From the NCBI GenBank assembly GCA_963675295.2, contig CAXXKJ010000002.1:544001-608000 (forward strand): a stretch of DNA of 64,000 bases, given 5' to 3'. The translations under genes and the position numbers were made by a program. This document shows positions 49,461 through 59,663 of this stretch, one piece after another. Source of the stretch: a bacterium (GTDB lineage: Bacteria > Electryoneota > Electryoneia > Electryoneales > Electryoneaceae). The stretch's first letter is position 1. Each line of letters opens with the position of its first letter. A model generated the notes under the pieces. That model ran no database searches and was not told where the DNA came from. It saw nothing but the letters and a program-made list of their open reading frames with translations.

Positions 49461-51810
49461 GGCCGTGACGTCAGCAAAGCCAATTATCGTCACCGGATCG
49501 CACCGGTCGGGGACGACGTGGGCGGGGAAGATGCTCGCGTTGCTGCCGCAGGTGCAGTATCTCCAGGAACCGCTCAACCACAACGACAATCCGGTTCGAC
49601 GCGGGTTGTTCCGTTTCACCCCGCCGCACTGGTACCAGTACATCTGTGCGGACAACGAGGAACAATATCTCGCCGAATTTCGGCGTGTGTTCGCCTTCCG
49701 GTTCGATATCGCGAACGCGTTGAAGTACGTAAAGGTGGATGAGACCAGCTACGGCGAGGACGAGCTGAAGCTGATCGAGGCGTATGCTGGCTTCGCGAAC
49801 GCCCACCTGCAGCGTAAGATCCCATTGATCAAGGACCCGTTCGTGGTGGTGTCGCTGCCGTGGTTTGAGCAGCGGTTCGGCGCTCGGCCGGTGGTGCTCG
49901 TGCGTCACCCGGCGGCGTTTGTCAGCAGCCTGCTGCGGTTGGGCTGGAAGCACGGCCTCGACGAATACACCGCGCAGCCGCTCCTGATGCGGGACTTTCC
50001 GGTGGAGGACGACCGCGACCTTGAACTGCAGGAGAAATACAAGCGCGAGGGTAACGACGCTGCGACGGCGGCGTTGGGCTGGAAGTACCTGCACAGCGTG
50101 ATCGCGCGGCATCAGGACAAGCATCCGGACTGGATTTATGTACGGCATGAGGACCTGTCCCGTGATCCGGAAACGGAATTCGGCGCATTGTACCAGCGGT
50201 TGGGGTTGCCGTACACGGGTCCGGTGCGTGCGGCGATCCGGGCGCATTCCGGCTCGGACAATCCGCAGGAGCTCAATGAGAATCAGCCGCACGCGATTCG
50301 TCTCGACAGCGCGGCGAACATCATGAACTGGCGGCACCGGCTCGATCCGGCGACGGTGGATCTGATCCGTGAGCTGACGGAGAATGTGGCCGGGAGGTTC
50401 TACAGCGATGCCGACTGGGAGGCGGATGAGGCGGAGACGGACAAACCGGTCCATCCGGTCACGGCACCAGTGGCGTCAGAGGTAAATGTGGGGCCGGGCC
50501 GGAAGAAGATTGTGATCGTGTCGATGTCGGACAGCGGTGGCGCAGGCACGGCGGCGTGGCGGCTGCATCGTGGTCTGCAGGCGGCCGGGCAGGACTCGAC
50601 GATGCTGGTCGGCACGAAGAAGCGGCAGGACCCGACGGTGAAGGTGTTGCCGTTGGGTGCGGGCGACGGCGATGTGACGTTGCTCGACGCCGATCCATCG
50701 AACGCCGTGTGGCAACATGCCGCAGAACGCTGGCGGCGGAACATGACGTCCTATCCGAATCGCCCGCCGGGATTGGAAACGTTCACCGATGGGCGCTCTG
50801 AGATTCGGTTGGATCGGGTGCGGGAGATTCGGGACGCGGATGTTGTCAACCTGCACTGGGTCGCGGGGGTGGTGGATGTGCCGACGGTCGCGCCGGCGTT
50901 GACAGGGAAGCCGGTGGTGTGGACGCTGCATGATTTGAACGCGTTCACCGGCGGCTGCCACTACGCGGCGGGGTGTACGAAGTACCGGGATACCTGCGGT
51001 GCGTGCCCGGCGCTGGGGTCGGATCGTGAGCAGGATCTGTCGCGGCGGACGTGGAGCGAACGCGAGGCGCTCTACCGGGAGCTGGATCTGCATGTGGTGA
51101 CGCCGTCCGCGTGGCTGGCGAATGAGGCGCGGAGTAGTGGTCTGTTGCGGGGCAGGGATGTGCGGCATATTCGCAACGCGCACCCGTTGGACGTGTTCAA
51201 GCCGCGCGACACTCGCGCTCTGCGGCAGAAACTCCAGCTTGCGGACGATGAACGCGTGATCCTGTTCGGCGCGGACGCGGTCAGCAACTTGCGGAAGGGA
51301 TTCGCGTTGCTCGAGCGGGCGTTGCCACACATGGCGCAGCGGTTGAATCCGGACGAACGGGTGGTGCTGTTGACGATGGGCCGCAAACCTGTGGCATTGA
51401 CTCCTCCCGCGACGATGCGTGTGCAGCATCTCGGGTCGCTGGCCGACGAGAACCGCATCGCGGCGGTGTACTCGCTGGCGGATCTGTTCGTGATCCCGTC
51501 GCTCGAGGATAATTTGCCGAATACGATTGCCGAAGCGCATGCGTGCGGCACACCAGCGGTCGGGTTTGCGATTGGCGGCATTCCGGAGATGATCGAGCAT
51601 CAGGTGGCCGGCTACCTGGCGAAACCGTTCGAGGTGCGAGATCTGGCGGCGGGGCTGGCGTGGACCTTGGACGCGGTGCGAGGCGACGCCGGGATGCGTC
51701 AACGGTGCCGGGACCACGCCGAACGGGACTATGATCACGCACGTCAGGCGGCGGAATATGTCGCGCTGTTTGATGAACTGCTTGCCGAATCGACCGTTCC
51801 CGCAGAGTAA
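49453..51810 (+). CDS. Sulfotransferase-GT4 glycosyltransferase fusion (WcaC-like C-terminal half)
   Basis: [15 protein letters not shown]-binding loop; [30 protein letters not shown]. Confidence 0.85.
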   Translation: MNEAVTSAKPIIVTGSHRSGTTWAGKMLALLPQVQYLQEPLNHNDNPVRRGLFRFTPPHWYQYICADNEEQYLAEFRRVFAFRFDIANALKYVKVDETSYGEDELKLIEAYAGFANAHLQRKIPLIKDPFVVVSLPWFEQRFGARPVVLVRHPAAFVSSLLRLGWKHGLDEYTAQPLLMRDFPVEDDRDLELQEKYKREGNDAATAALGWKYLHSVIARHQDKHPDWIYVRHEDLSRDPETEFGALYQRLGLPYTGPVRAAIRAHSGSDNPQELNENQPHAIRLDSAANIMNWRHRLDPATVDLIRELTENVAGRFYSDADWEADEAETDKPVHPVTAPVASEVNVGPGRKKIVIVSMSDSGGAGTAAWRLHRGLQAAGQDSTMLVGTKKRQDPTVKVLPLGAGDGDVTLLDADPSNAVWQHAAERWRRNMTSYPNRPPGLETFTDGRSEIRLDRVREIRDADVVNLHWVAGVVDVPTVAPALTGKPVVWTLHDLNAFTGGCHYAAGCTKYRDTCGACPALGSDREQDLSRRTWSEREALYRELDLHVVTPSAWLANEARSSGLLRGRDVRHIRNAHPLDVFKPRDTRALRQKLQLADDERVILFGADAVSNLRKGFALLERALPHMAQRLNPDERVVLLTMGRKPVALTPPATMRVQHLGSLADENRIAAVYSLADLFVIPSLEDNLPNTIAEAHACGTPAVGFAIGGIPEMIEHQVAGYLAKPFEVRDLAAGLAWTLDAVRGDAGMRQRCRDHAERDYDHARQAAEYVALFDELLAESTVPAE

Positions 51811-51915
51811 ACCACGACATGAATGTCGTGGGCATGTCCCCCAGATGAATGCCCCGACCAGCTTGCTGGTCGGGCTCAACGTCCGCTGATCGGCAGGGGG
51901 CACAGTTTGCCCCCT
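51811..51915. repeat. Cluster of REP-like palindromes
   Basis: CCACGACATGAATGTCGTGG; TGCCCCGACCAGCTTGCTGGTCGGGCTC (reverse copy of 4695-4722, 27/28); AGGGGGCA..TGCCCCCT. Confidence 0.7.
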
Positions 51916-52075
51916 CGAGGTCAATCTCCTCCGCATTTCTCCAGATACAGGGAAGGTTGAAGTCAACACTGGAAGTTCGCCGGTTGTATCCAGCCCACAT
52001 GATTCAATTGAAATAATCAGGAGTTACGTGATTCACTAGCGTGTATTCTCCGTCCCGCCAACCTCCCATCCCCTC

Positions 52076-52091
52076 TGGCCCCCTGTTTGCT
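52076..52091 (+). promoter_or_regulatory. Sigma-54 promoter candidate
   Basis: TGGCCC-CCTGT-TTGCT upstream of the gmhA-led operon. Confidence 0.5.
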
Positions 52092-52197
52092 CGAAGCTGT
52101 TGTGGAAAACCGTGCCGCGCTCTCTCGCCCGTTTTCAGACGGGACCTAAACCGAGTGAGAACAGGTGGTTACGGTTGATGAACGAGGGCAGTCGATC

Positions 52198-52950
52198 ATG
52201 CCGACCCACATCGCCGCCGCGCGACGTACCGCGGCTCTGGAATCTGTGCTCGGGTACCTGAGCGACCTCAGCGAAACGATTGAGCGGGTCAATGTCGATC
52301 CGATCGTGGATGTGGTCCGTGTGCTGGAGGAGGCGTTCGCCGAGGGCAGCACGGTGTACATCGCGGGCAATGGCGGCAGCGCGTCTACCGCCTCGCATTT
52401 CGCCGTTGATCTGGCGAAAACGGTCCGTGGCTACCCGCCGGGGCCGTCGTCCGACGGTTTCCAGGTCTGGTCGTTGGCGGACAATGTCGGCCTGATCACG
52501 GCGTGGGCGAACGATGAGGGCTACGATCGTGTCTTCAGCGAGCAGGTGCTGCGTGTGGGGCAGCCGGGTGATGTGCTGATCGTGATCTCGGGCAGCGGCA
52601 ACTCGGAAAATGTGGTCAAGGCGGTCGAAGCCGCACAGGAACAATCGATGATCACCATCGGATTCCTTGGCATGGGCGGCGGCAAACTCGGGCCGATGGT
52701 CGATTATCCGGTGGTGATCCAGTCGGACGATTACGGCGTCATCGAAGACGCGCACATGGTGCTGGTGCACCTGGTCGCGCGGCATTTCCGGCTCGTGGAC
52801 AAGAAGAAGCTGAAGAAGGAAACGCGGCAGATCGTGCGTGAAAGTAACGGCGTCACGCCACCGTTGACGCTGCACGGTGGCATCGAACGCAAGCGCAACA
52901 AGCATGGCCGTTGGATTGTGACGCGAACCAATTCCCGGAACGGCGCGTGA
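52198..52950 (+). CDS. gmhA: SIS-domain phosphoheptose isomerase (GmhA-like)
   Basis: AGNGGSASTASHF, ITAWANDEGY, ISGSGNSENV, IEDAHMV. Confidence 0.85.
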   Translation: MPTHIAAARRTAALESVLGYLSDLSETIERVNVDPIVDVVRVLEEAFAEGSTVYIAGNGGSASTASHFAVDLAKTVRGYPPGPSSDGFQVWSLADNVGLITAWANDEGYDRVFSEQVLRVGQPGDVLIVISGSGNSENVVKAVEAAQEQSMITIGFLGMGGGKLGPMVDYPVVIQSDDYGVIEDAHMVLVHLVARHFRLVDKKKLKKETRQIVRESNGVTPPLTLHGGIERKRNKHGRWIVTRTNSRNGA

Positions 52951-55900
52951 CCGGGCGGCAGAAATACAGCACCGGTTTGTTCTCGGATAAACCGTTCGCG
53001 CGGGTCTATCACTACCACATCCGGAAGACTGGCGGCACGAGCCTGAACTACGCGTTTTTCCGGCTGTCGGGTGACGATCCGAAGCAGCTGTACGCCCGCA
53101 TCAACGAACACGGCGCGGTCACTTCCGGCGGGATTCGCTATGTCGGTTGGCGGCGTCCGTTAATCGCGGCGGGGAACTGGGATTACGGGTTTGCGCATGC
53201 GGCGTTCCACAACGTCGGCATGCCGGATGATACATACACCTTCACCGTGCTGCGTGACCCGGCGGCGCGGGTGTTGTCGCATTACAAGATGTTGCTGCAC
53301 ATGCGGGACCATGAACCGAACCATCCGGGCTACATCAAGGAAGCGTCGTGGATTGACGGCGGTTTTGACGGATTTCTCGAGCGCATGGACCGGCGTGAAT
53401 TGTTGCGGCAGGTGTTCATGTTCTCGCGCGAGATGAACGTGGACGAAGCGTTGCAGAATCTCGGCTGGGTCGACCGTGTGCTGCTGCTGGATGACAACTT
53501 CGAAGACGATCTCGAAGCCCTGCGCGGCGACATCAGCCTGGACCTGCAGTACATCCACGAACGTGCCGCAAAAGCGGAGTTTCAGCCATCGGATGACCAA
53601 CACGCGCGCCTGCGTGAACTGCTGGAACCGGAATACCGGCTGTACGACGAGATGACGAAAACGCTGCGGTCCAATACCGTGGCAAAGGATCACACAACCG
53701 AGCCCGTGACGATGAACGAAACGCCACGCAACACACCCAATCCCGCCGATCCTGTCGAAACCGCCTACCGCGACCTGTGGAAGAAGAAGCTCAGCGACGA
53801 TGAGTGGTTGAAGAATGACGGACGCGGTCGTGTCGAATACGCAGCGAACCTGCTGCGCGGGGCGTTACGTCCCGAGCACCGTGTGCTTGACATCGGCTGC
53901 GGGCGCGGCACGTTGGGCATCAAGCTCGGCCGCCGGGACGGCATTTTCGGCGTCGACCTCGCGCCGGAAGCGGTGACGAAGGCTAAGGAAGTGTACGAAG
54001 ACGCACGTGTGGTCAACATCGACGCCGAGCCGTTGCCGTGGCCGGACAACACGTTCGAATTCGTGGTCTACCTCGATGTGATCGAGCATGTGTTCGATCC
54101 GCGGGTCGGGCTGCGTGAGATCAAACGGGTGCTCAAGCCCGGCGGCAAGCTGCTGCTTTCAACGCCGAACATTCTGGCGCACATCGACAAGATGCGGGAG
54201 ACGAAACGCTTCCCGAAGACCAGCGGCGACCCGGAACCGTACGATGGCGGCCACCTGCATTTCTTCACCTACCAGGATATCTACGATCTGCTGGAGCTGA
54301 CAGGGTTTGCCGAGTCGCAGCACGCCAGCCCGAAGGGCAATGATCCGAACTACGAGTTCAGTGACAAGATGGTCTGGGTTGTTGGCACGAAGGGAATTCA
54401 GCCGGAATCCGGGCGTGGCGAAACGAACGAGGAAGTAACTCCATATAAGGGTGCAGCGCCGGACCCTACTCCGGCCACCACGCCTGAGAAATCGGTGAAT
54501 GTCAACACGCGGAAGGCGTTTGACGTGCCGGTAGCGGTGGTGGCGTACAACCGTCCGGACCACACCCGCCAGGTGCTGGAATCGCTACAGGACTATGGCG
54601 TTGAGCGGCTGTACCTGTTCGCCGATGCGCCGAAGACGCCAGAACACGCGGAGACGGTCGGGCAGACGCGTGAGCTGCTGCGGTCGGTGAACTGGACGAA
54701 GGTTGAGTTGATCGAGCGTGACCAGAATTATGGTCTCGCCAGGTCGATTGTCGCGTCGGCAAATCACGTGTTCGCGAAACACGACCGGCTGCTGCTGCTG
54801 GAAGACGATATCGTCCCGTTCCCGAGCCTGTTCCCGTTCCTTGAAGCGGCGCTCGACAAGTACGCGGACAATCCCCGCGTGACCGGAGTCTCCGGGTATG
54901 GCGTGCCGCAACCGGAAACGGTGAAGCAACGGTATCCGTATGACGCATGGTTCTTCCCGCGCATCTCGAGCTGGGGCTGGGCGACGTGGAAACGGGCGTG
55001 GCAGCGATTCGATCCGAACCTGCCGAAGTTGGTGGACGAAGCGGCGCGTGCGAACCTCGACCTGACGATGGGCGGCACCGACCTCGTGCGCAATCTGCAG
55101 CATGCGTTGGACGGCCGGGACATCTGGACGATGAACTGGATGATCCGGTTGATGCTGGACGGCGGCGTGTTCCTGTACCCGGTGGAATCGCAGGTGCGAA
55201 ACGTCGGAATGGACGGCACCGGGCTGCACTGCGGCGTGACGGATAAGTTCGACGTGAAGCCGCCGAGCCGCACGCCGGACTGTCTGCCGGACGAGATCGT
55301 GATCGATCCCGACTTGGCGAAAACGTTCTACGCGTACTACGACAAGAAGGGCACGCAGCGGAACCTGAATGTGGAGGCGATTGGTTCCTTTCCAGTGAAA
55401 CGGTTGACGGCAAACGCCCCCGCCGCACCGGAAGTGAACAACCCCGCACAGGTCAACGGGAACGGGTCCACGGCAACGAACGGAACCGGATCGAGCGTGA
55501 ACGGCAACGGAACGTCCGCTGCCGGGTTGGACGATCCGAACGTCATGCTCGAGATCGCTGTGCGTGAGATGGAGGGCGGCGACGCCACGTCGGCGTTGGC
55601 CAAGCTGGACATCGTGCTGGAAGCCGAGGGCGCGATTCCGAACCTGAACCTGGTGCGTGCGATCTGTCTGCAGCGGTTGGGCCGGATCGACGACGCATTA
55701 CACGCCACCCGAGCTGAGCTCGCGGCGCATGTGTATAACCGTGACGCGCAGATGTACGAACAGGTGCTGATCCGTCAGCTGCAGGCGAACGCCGGCGGAC
55801 CAGCAAAATCTAGCAGTGATAACGGTTTCCACGGGTACGACGTGGCGGCGGCAAGCAAGGAAGCTGCCGAATCTACACATCCGGCAACCCCGCCGGCGAG

Positions 55901-57077
55901 GTCTGAGAAGTCGGCTATTAAGGTTTTGACTCCAAACTATCTGGATGATTGCAATCCGGATCTGATTGTCTTCATCTCGGATGAACCACGCAGCCGTGAA
56001 GCGAAACTCGCGCACGGTCTGAAGCAGGCCGGGAAACAGGTTGTGTTGCTGTACAAGCAGACGCCGACGTTTGATCCCTCTCGATTCTTTGTGGAATCGT
56101 TGCCGTACACCACTCCCGTTGAGGCGGTGCAGCTGGCACGGACGTGGCGCCCGTTGGCGTTTCATGTCTTCGCCAACTGGAATTTCGAGACGGCGAAGGC
56201 GGTGATCGAAGCGCGTCCCGGGCCGGTCTTGTTTGACGATTACGACGTGATGACCGGCATGCTACAGGACGAGGTGATCGCGAGGAAACACCCGGGGAAG
56301 CCGGAGGCGGAGCGGTTCTGCCTGGAACATGCTGACGGGTTGGTCGCTCGTCACCTGGAACTGCGGTATCTGCGCCGCACGCTCGGTTTCAAGCTGCCGC
56401 CGCGATTGCTGGCGGTGGACGGTTGCTGGGCGGAGATGACGGACAACCCGGAGGGGAAGTTGTCCTCGCACACCGGCAAGGTTCACGTAGTGACTTGCGG
56501 CAACTATAATCCGAGCGATCCGGCGGATGAGGGTGATGTGGTGTATGTGTATGAGGTCGCGCGCATTCTGCATGAGGCCGGAATGCGGTATCACATCTAC
56601 CCGTCCTCGCCGAAGCTGGCGAAACGGACACGGCAGGGCATGCGTGACCAGGGGCTTGGTAAGGCGTTGGGCCGAACAGTTCATGTGCACGAACCGATTC
56701 CACCGGATGATCTGATCCCAACGCTCGCCCGCTATGACTACGGGCTGCACATCCTCTCGAACAAGGTGAACGGAATACGTCACCGGTACGAGCTGCGTAA
56801 GTACGAGCACGCCACCGCGAACAAGATTTTTGATTTCATCGACGCTGGACTGCACATCCTGGTGCATGGCGGAAAATTCCAGCGCTTCCTCAGCACGCGG
56901 TACGGTCATGGCCGCCAGCTGCATTCGTTGGATGAATTTCGCGGGTTGACGGTTCCGCCGCCGGTGCCGCCGGTGCCGGCTGCGTATCGCGTTGACCGGA
57001 TCGCACGGAATCTGGTTGGATTCTACGAACGTATCGCTGAGAATGTGCCGCTTCCGGCGGAGGAGGTGGCGGTATGA
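52947..57077 (+). CDS. Fusion: sulfotransferase-like, SAM methyltransferase, GT-A glycosyltransferase, TPR, GT-B-like
   Basis: YHIRKTGGTS and LRDPAARVLS; LDIGCGRG, DVIEHV; AYNRPDH, LLEDD, SSWGWATW; ANKIFDFIDAG; GTGA overlap with gmhA. Confidence 0.8.
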   Translation: MTGRQKYSTGLFSDKPFARVYHYHIRKTGGTSLNYAFFRLSGDDPKQLYARINEHGAVTSGGIRYVGWRRPLIAAGNWDYGFAHAAFHNVGMPDDTYTFTVLRDPAARVLSHYKMLLHMRDHEPNHPGYIKEASWIDGGFDGFLERMDRRELLRQVFMFSREMNVDEALQNLGWVDRVLLLDDNFEDDLEALRGDISLDLQYIHERAAKAEFQPSDDQHARLRELLEPEYRLYDEMTKTLRSNTVAKDHTTEPVTMNETPRNTPNPADPVETAYRDLWKKKLSDDEWLKNDGRGRVEYAANLLRGALRPEHRVLDIGCGRGTLGIKLGRRDGIFGVDLAPEAVTKAKEVYEDARVVNIDAEPLPWPDNTFEFVVYLDVIEHVFDPRVGLREIKRVLKPGGKLLLSTPNILAHIDKMRETKRFPKTSGDPEPYDGGHLHFFTYQDIYDLLELTGFAESQHASPKGNDPNYEFSDKMVWVVGTKGIQPESGRGETNEEVTPYKGAAPDPTPATTPEKSVNVNTRKAFDVPVAVVAYNRPDHTRQVLESLQDYGVERLYLFADAPKTPEHAETVGQTRELLRSVNWTKVELIERDQNYGLARSIVASANHVFAKHDRLLLLEDDIVPFPSLFPFLEAALDKYADNPRVTGVSGYGVPQPETVKQRYPYDAWFFPRISSWGWATWKRAWQRFDPNLPKLVDEAARANLDLTMGGTDLVRNLQHALDGRDIWTMNWMIRLMLDGGVFLYPVESQVRNVGMDGTGLHCGVTDKFDVKPPSRTPDCLPDEIVIDPDLAKTFYAYYDKKGTQRNLNVEAIGSFPVKRLTANAPAAPEVNNPAQVNGNGSTATNGTGSSVNGNGTSAAGLDDPNVMLEIAVREMEGGDATSALAKLDIVLEAEGAIPNLNLVRAICLQRLGRIDDALHATRAELAAHVYNRDAQMYEQVLIRQLQANAGGPAKSSSDNGFHGYDVAAASKEAAESTHPATPPARSEKSAIKVLTPNYLDDCNPDLIVFISDEPRSREAKLAHGLKQAGKQVVLLYKQTPTFDPSRFFVESLPYTTPVEAVQLARTWRPLAFHVFANWNFETAKAVIEARPGPVLFDDYDVMTGMLQDEVIARKHPGKPEAERFCLEHADGLVARHLELRYLRRTLGFKLPPRLLAVDGCWAEMTDNPEGKLSSHTGKVHVVTCGNYNPSDPADEGDVVYVYEVARILHEAGMRYHIYPSSPKLAKRTRQGMRDQGLGKALGRTVHVHEPIPPDDLIPTLARYDYGLHILSNKVNGIRHRYELRKYEHATANKIFDFIDAGLHILVHGGKFQRFLSTRYGHGRQLHSLDEFRGLTVPPPVPPVPAAYRVDRIARNLVGFYERIAENVPLPAEEVAV

Positions 57078-57994
57078 CGAAGCCCCGGATCCTGGTCCTC
57101 GGTGAGAAACCACAGGGAGCAACCTGGCTGTCGATGGCGTTGCAGTCGGACCTGTTTGAAGTTGTCGCCGGCGTACCCCGTTACAGCGACAAGAATGTTT
57201 GGTGGGACGGCGAGTTCTTCGAGGCGATTCTTCGTGCGAACAGCATCCCGGTGATCAAGCGCAAGCAGGTGCTGGAGTACGATTACGATATCCTGTGGTC
57301 GATGATGTACGGGTACATCATCGAGGCGGAGTTGATTGAGCAGGCAAAATTCGGGCTAAATCTGCATGAGTCGCCATTGCCGCGCTACCGTGGCTGCAAT
57401 GGCTATTCGCACTCGATCCTCGAGAACGATTCGACCTACGGCACTACCCTGCAGTTCCTTCATCCGATTCTCGATCAGGGCGACATCATCGACCAGGAGA
57501 TCTTCGCGATCCATCCGGACGAAACGGCGAAGGATCTGTATGTCCGCACGATGAGCGTCTCCAACGAAATTTTCCGCCGCAACCTGAAGCAGATCGCGAC
57601 GTTGGACATTCGCGGACATACGATGGATACGGAGTCCGAACCGATCCGCAAACGAAGCTCGTTGATGGAGCTGAAGGAAATACCGGCGGAAGAATCTGGC
57701 GATGTCGAGGCGATCTACCGGCGGGTTCGGGCGTTGGATTTCCTCCCCTTTGAACCGGTGTACATCGATACCGAGAAGGGCCGCTACTACCTGTTTGTGA
57801 ACGCGTCAACGGCACGTTTCGACCATCGGGAAGAAGGCAAGACGGTCACGAGTTTCAGCAGCCTGTTCGAGCTGGTGGGACAGGATCTGGCCGTGCTCAT
57901 GGTGACACCCCGTCCGATGGTCTGGATGCACGAGCCGCTGTATGCGGCGCGTTACCCGATGCTGCGGCCAACCTATTCGTGGGTGAAGACATGA
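57074..57994 (+). CDS. Sugar N-formyltransferase (Fmt family)
   Basis: NLHESPLPRYRG, GTTL..LDQGDII. Confidence 0.82.
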   Translation: MTKPRILVLGEKPQGATWLSMALQSDLFEVVAGVPRYSDKNVWWDGEFFEAILRANSIPVIKRKQVLEYDYDILWSMMYGYIIEAELIEQAKFGLNLHESPLPRYRGCNGYSHSILENDSTYGTTLQFLHPILDQGDIIDQEIFAIHPDETAKDLYVRTMSVSNEIFRRNLKQIATLDIRGHTMDTESEPIRKRSSLMELKEIPAEESGDVEAIYRRVRALDFLPFEPVYIDTEKGRYYLFVNASTARFDHREEGKTVTSFSSLFELVGQDLAVLMVTPRPMVWMHEPLYAARYPMLRPTYSWVKT

Positions 57995-58665
57995 ACGTTG
58001 AATTTTTTCCCAGTTCCAGCCGTGGGGCGGAGGAGCGCCGGGCGCTGGCAGAACAGATTCTGCGCGGGTCGGCGGTAAGCACGAGCTACCTCGATTTCGG
58101 CTACGACTACTTCGACAACCCGGCGCACGGGGTCGGGTATGGCGGCTACCGTTATGATGGCCGCTACGCCGAGGTCGCGCGGCGGATGGTGGAGCATTAC
58201 GGATTGAAACCGGGTGACCGTTTGCTGGAAATCGGCTGCGCGAAGGGGTTTCTGCTGGTCGAATTCCTCAAGCTGGGGATGGAGGTCGCCGGGTTCGATG
58301 TCAGCGACTACGCGGTGTCGAATTCGCACCCGCAGGTGCGTCCGTTCATCCGCAACGCTCCGGCTGTGGATATGCCGTTCCCGGATAGTCATTTCCAATT
58401 GGTGATCGGCAAGGAAGTGTTGCCGCATGTACCGCGCCCCGACCTGGAGGCGACGGTCCGGGAATGTGTTCGTGTCAGCAGCGGTAACCTGTTCTTCGAG
58501 ATTCAGTGCGGCACGACGGAGCGTGAATTGAGCTACATGCAGGCGTGGGACAGGACTCACCAGGTGTGTGAGACGCCGGCGTGGTGGAATGAGATGTTCG
58601 CGCGGGTGGGCTACCCGGGTGACGTCCATTACAAGGTGTTGATTCCAGAAGGAGAAGCGGTATGA
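57991..58665 (+). CDS. Class I SAM-dependent methyltransferase
   Basis: GYGGYRYDGR, LLEIGCAKGFL, FDVSDYA. Confidence 0.88.
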   Translation: MNVEFFPSSSRGAEERRALAEQILRGSAVSTSYLDFGYDYFDNPAHGVGYGGYRYDGRYAEVARRMVEHYGLKPGDRLLEIGCAKGFLLVEFLKLGMEVAGFDVSDYAVSNSHPQVRPFIRNAPAVDMPFPDSHFQLVIGKEVLPHVPRPDLEATVRECVRVSSGNLFFEIQCGTTERELSYMQAWDRTHQVCETPAWWNEMFARVGYPGDVHYKVLIPEGEAV

Positions 58666-59660
58666 TCGGTCGCACGGTATACGTCACGGGCGGCGGTGGG
58701 TATGTCGGCAGCGCACTGGTGCCGGCGTTGCTGGACGCTGGCTACGTGGTCAAGGTGCTCGATCTGTTCATCTACGGGCGCGAGGTGCTGGACGCGGTCA
58801 AGGATCACCCGAAGCTGGAGCTGATCGAGGGCGACATCCGTGACGCGGACCTGATTCGCGGCACGATTGCCGGTAGTGATGCGGTGATCCATCTCGCGTG
58901 CATTTCGAACGATCCTTCCTTTGAACTCGATCCGGAGCTGGGCAAGTCGATCAACCTCGACGCGATGGAACCGCTGGTTGTTGCGGCGAAGGATGCCGGC
59001 GTGAAACGGTTCATTTACGCGTCATCGTCCAGTGTCTACGGTATCAAGGACGATCCGGATGTCACTGAGGATCTGCCGCTTGAACCATTGACCGACTACA
59101 GCCGGTTCAAGGTGATGGGCGAGGAAATTCTGTTCCGGCATGACAGCGAGGAGTTTGTCACCGCGGCGATCCGTCCGGCGACGGTCTGCGGCTATGCTCC
59201 GCGTCAACGGCTGGATGTGATCGTCAACATTCTGACCAACCACGCGGTGAATAACCGCCGCATCCGTGTCTTCGGAGGCGACCAACTGCGGCCGAACATC
59301 CACATCAGCGACATGGTGGATGTGTACCTGCTGATGCTGGAAGCTCCGGCGGAGAAGATCCGTCAGCAGGCGTTCAACGCCGGGTATCACAACCACAGCG
59401 TGCGCGCGTTGGCGGAGATGGTGAAAAATGAGGTCGGTCCGGACGGGATCGAGCTGGACGTCGAGCCGACGGATGACAACCGGTCGTATCACGTGTCGTC
59501 GCAGAAGCTGAAGGATACGCTTGGTTTTTCAGCGCAGCACAGCATCGAGGAAGCGGTGCGTGACCTGGTGCAGGCGTTCGAGGCGGGCAAGCTGCCTGAT
59601 TCGATGACGGATACCCGCTACTTCAACGTGAAGCGGATGAACGAACTGGCGCTGGTGTAA
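58662..59660 (+). CDS. NAD-dependent epimerase/dehydratase (extended SDR)
   Basis: VTGGGGYVGS, HLACISNDPS, YASSSSVYG, YSRFK. Confidence 0.9.
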   Translation: MIGRTVYVTGGGGYVGSALVPALLDAGYVVKVLDLFIYGREVLDAVKDHPKLELIEGDIRDADLIRGTIAGSDAVIHLACISNDPSFELDPELGKSINLDAMEPLVVAAKDAGVKRFIYASSSSVYGIKDDPDVTEDLPLEPLTDYSRFKVMGEEILFRHDSEEFVTAAIRPATVCGYAPRQRLDVIVNILTNHAVNNRRIRVFGGDQLRPNIHISDMVDVYLLMLEAPAEKIRQQAFNAGYHNHSVRALAEMVKNEVGPDGIELDVEPTDDNRSYHVSSQKLKDTLGFSAQHSIEEAVRDLVQAFEAGKLPDSMTDTRYFNVKRMNELALV

Positions 59661-59663
59661 ACG

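Noticed and set aside
54455-54475. GTAG-headed hairpin (minus strand) in a linker of the 52947 fusion as another coding REP
   Set aside because: The stem is short and mismatched and has no second copy in the window.
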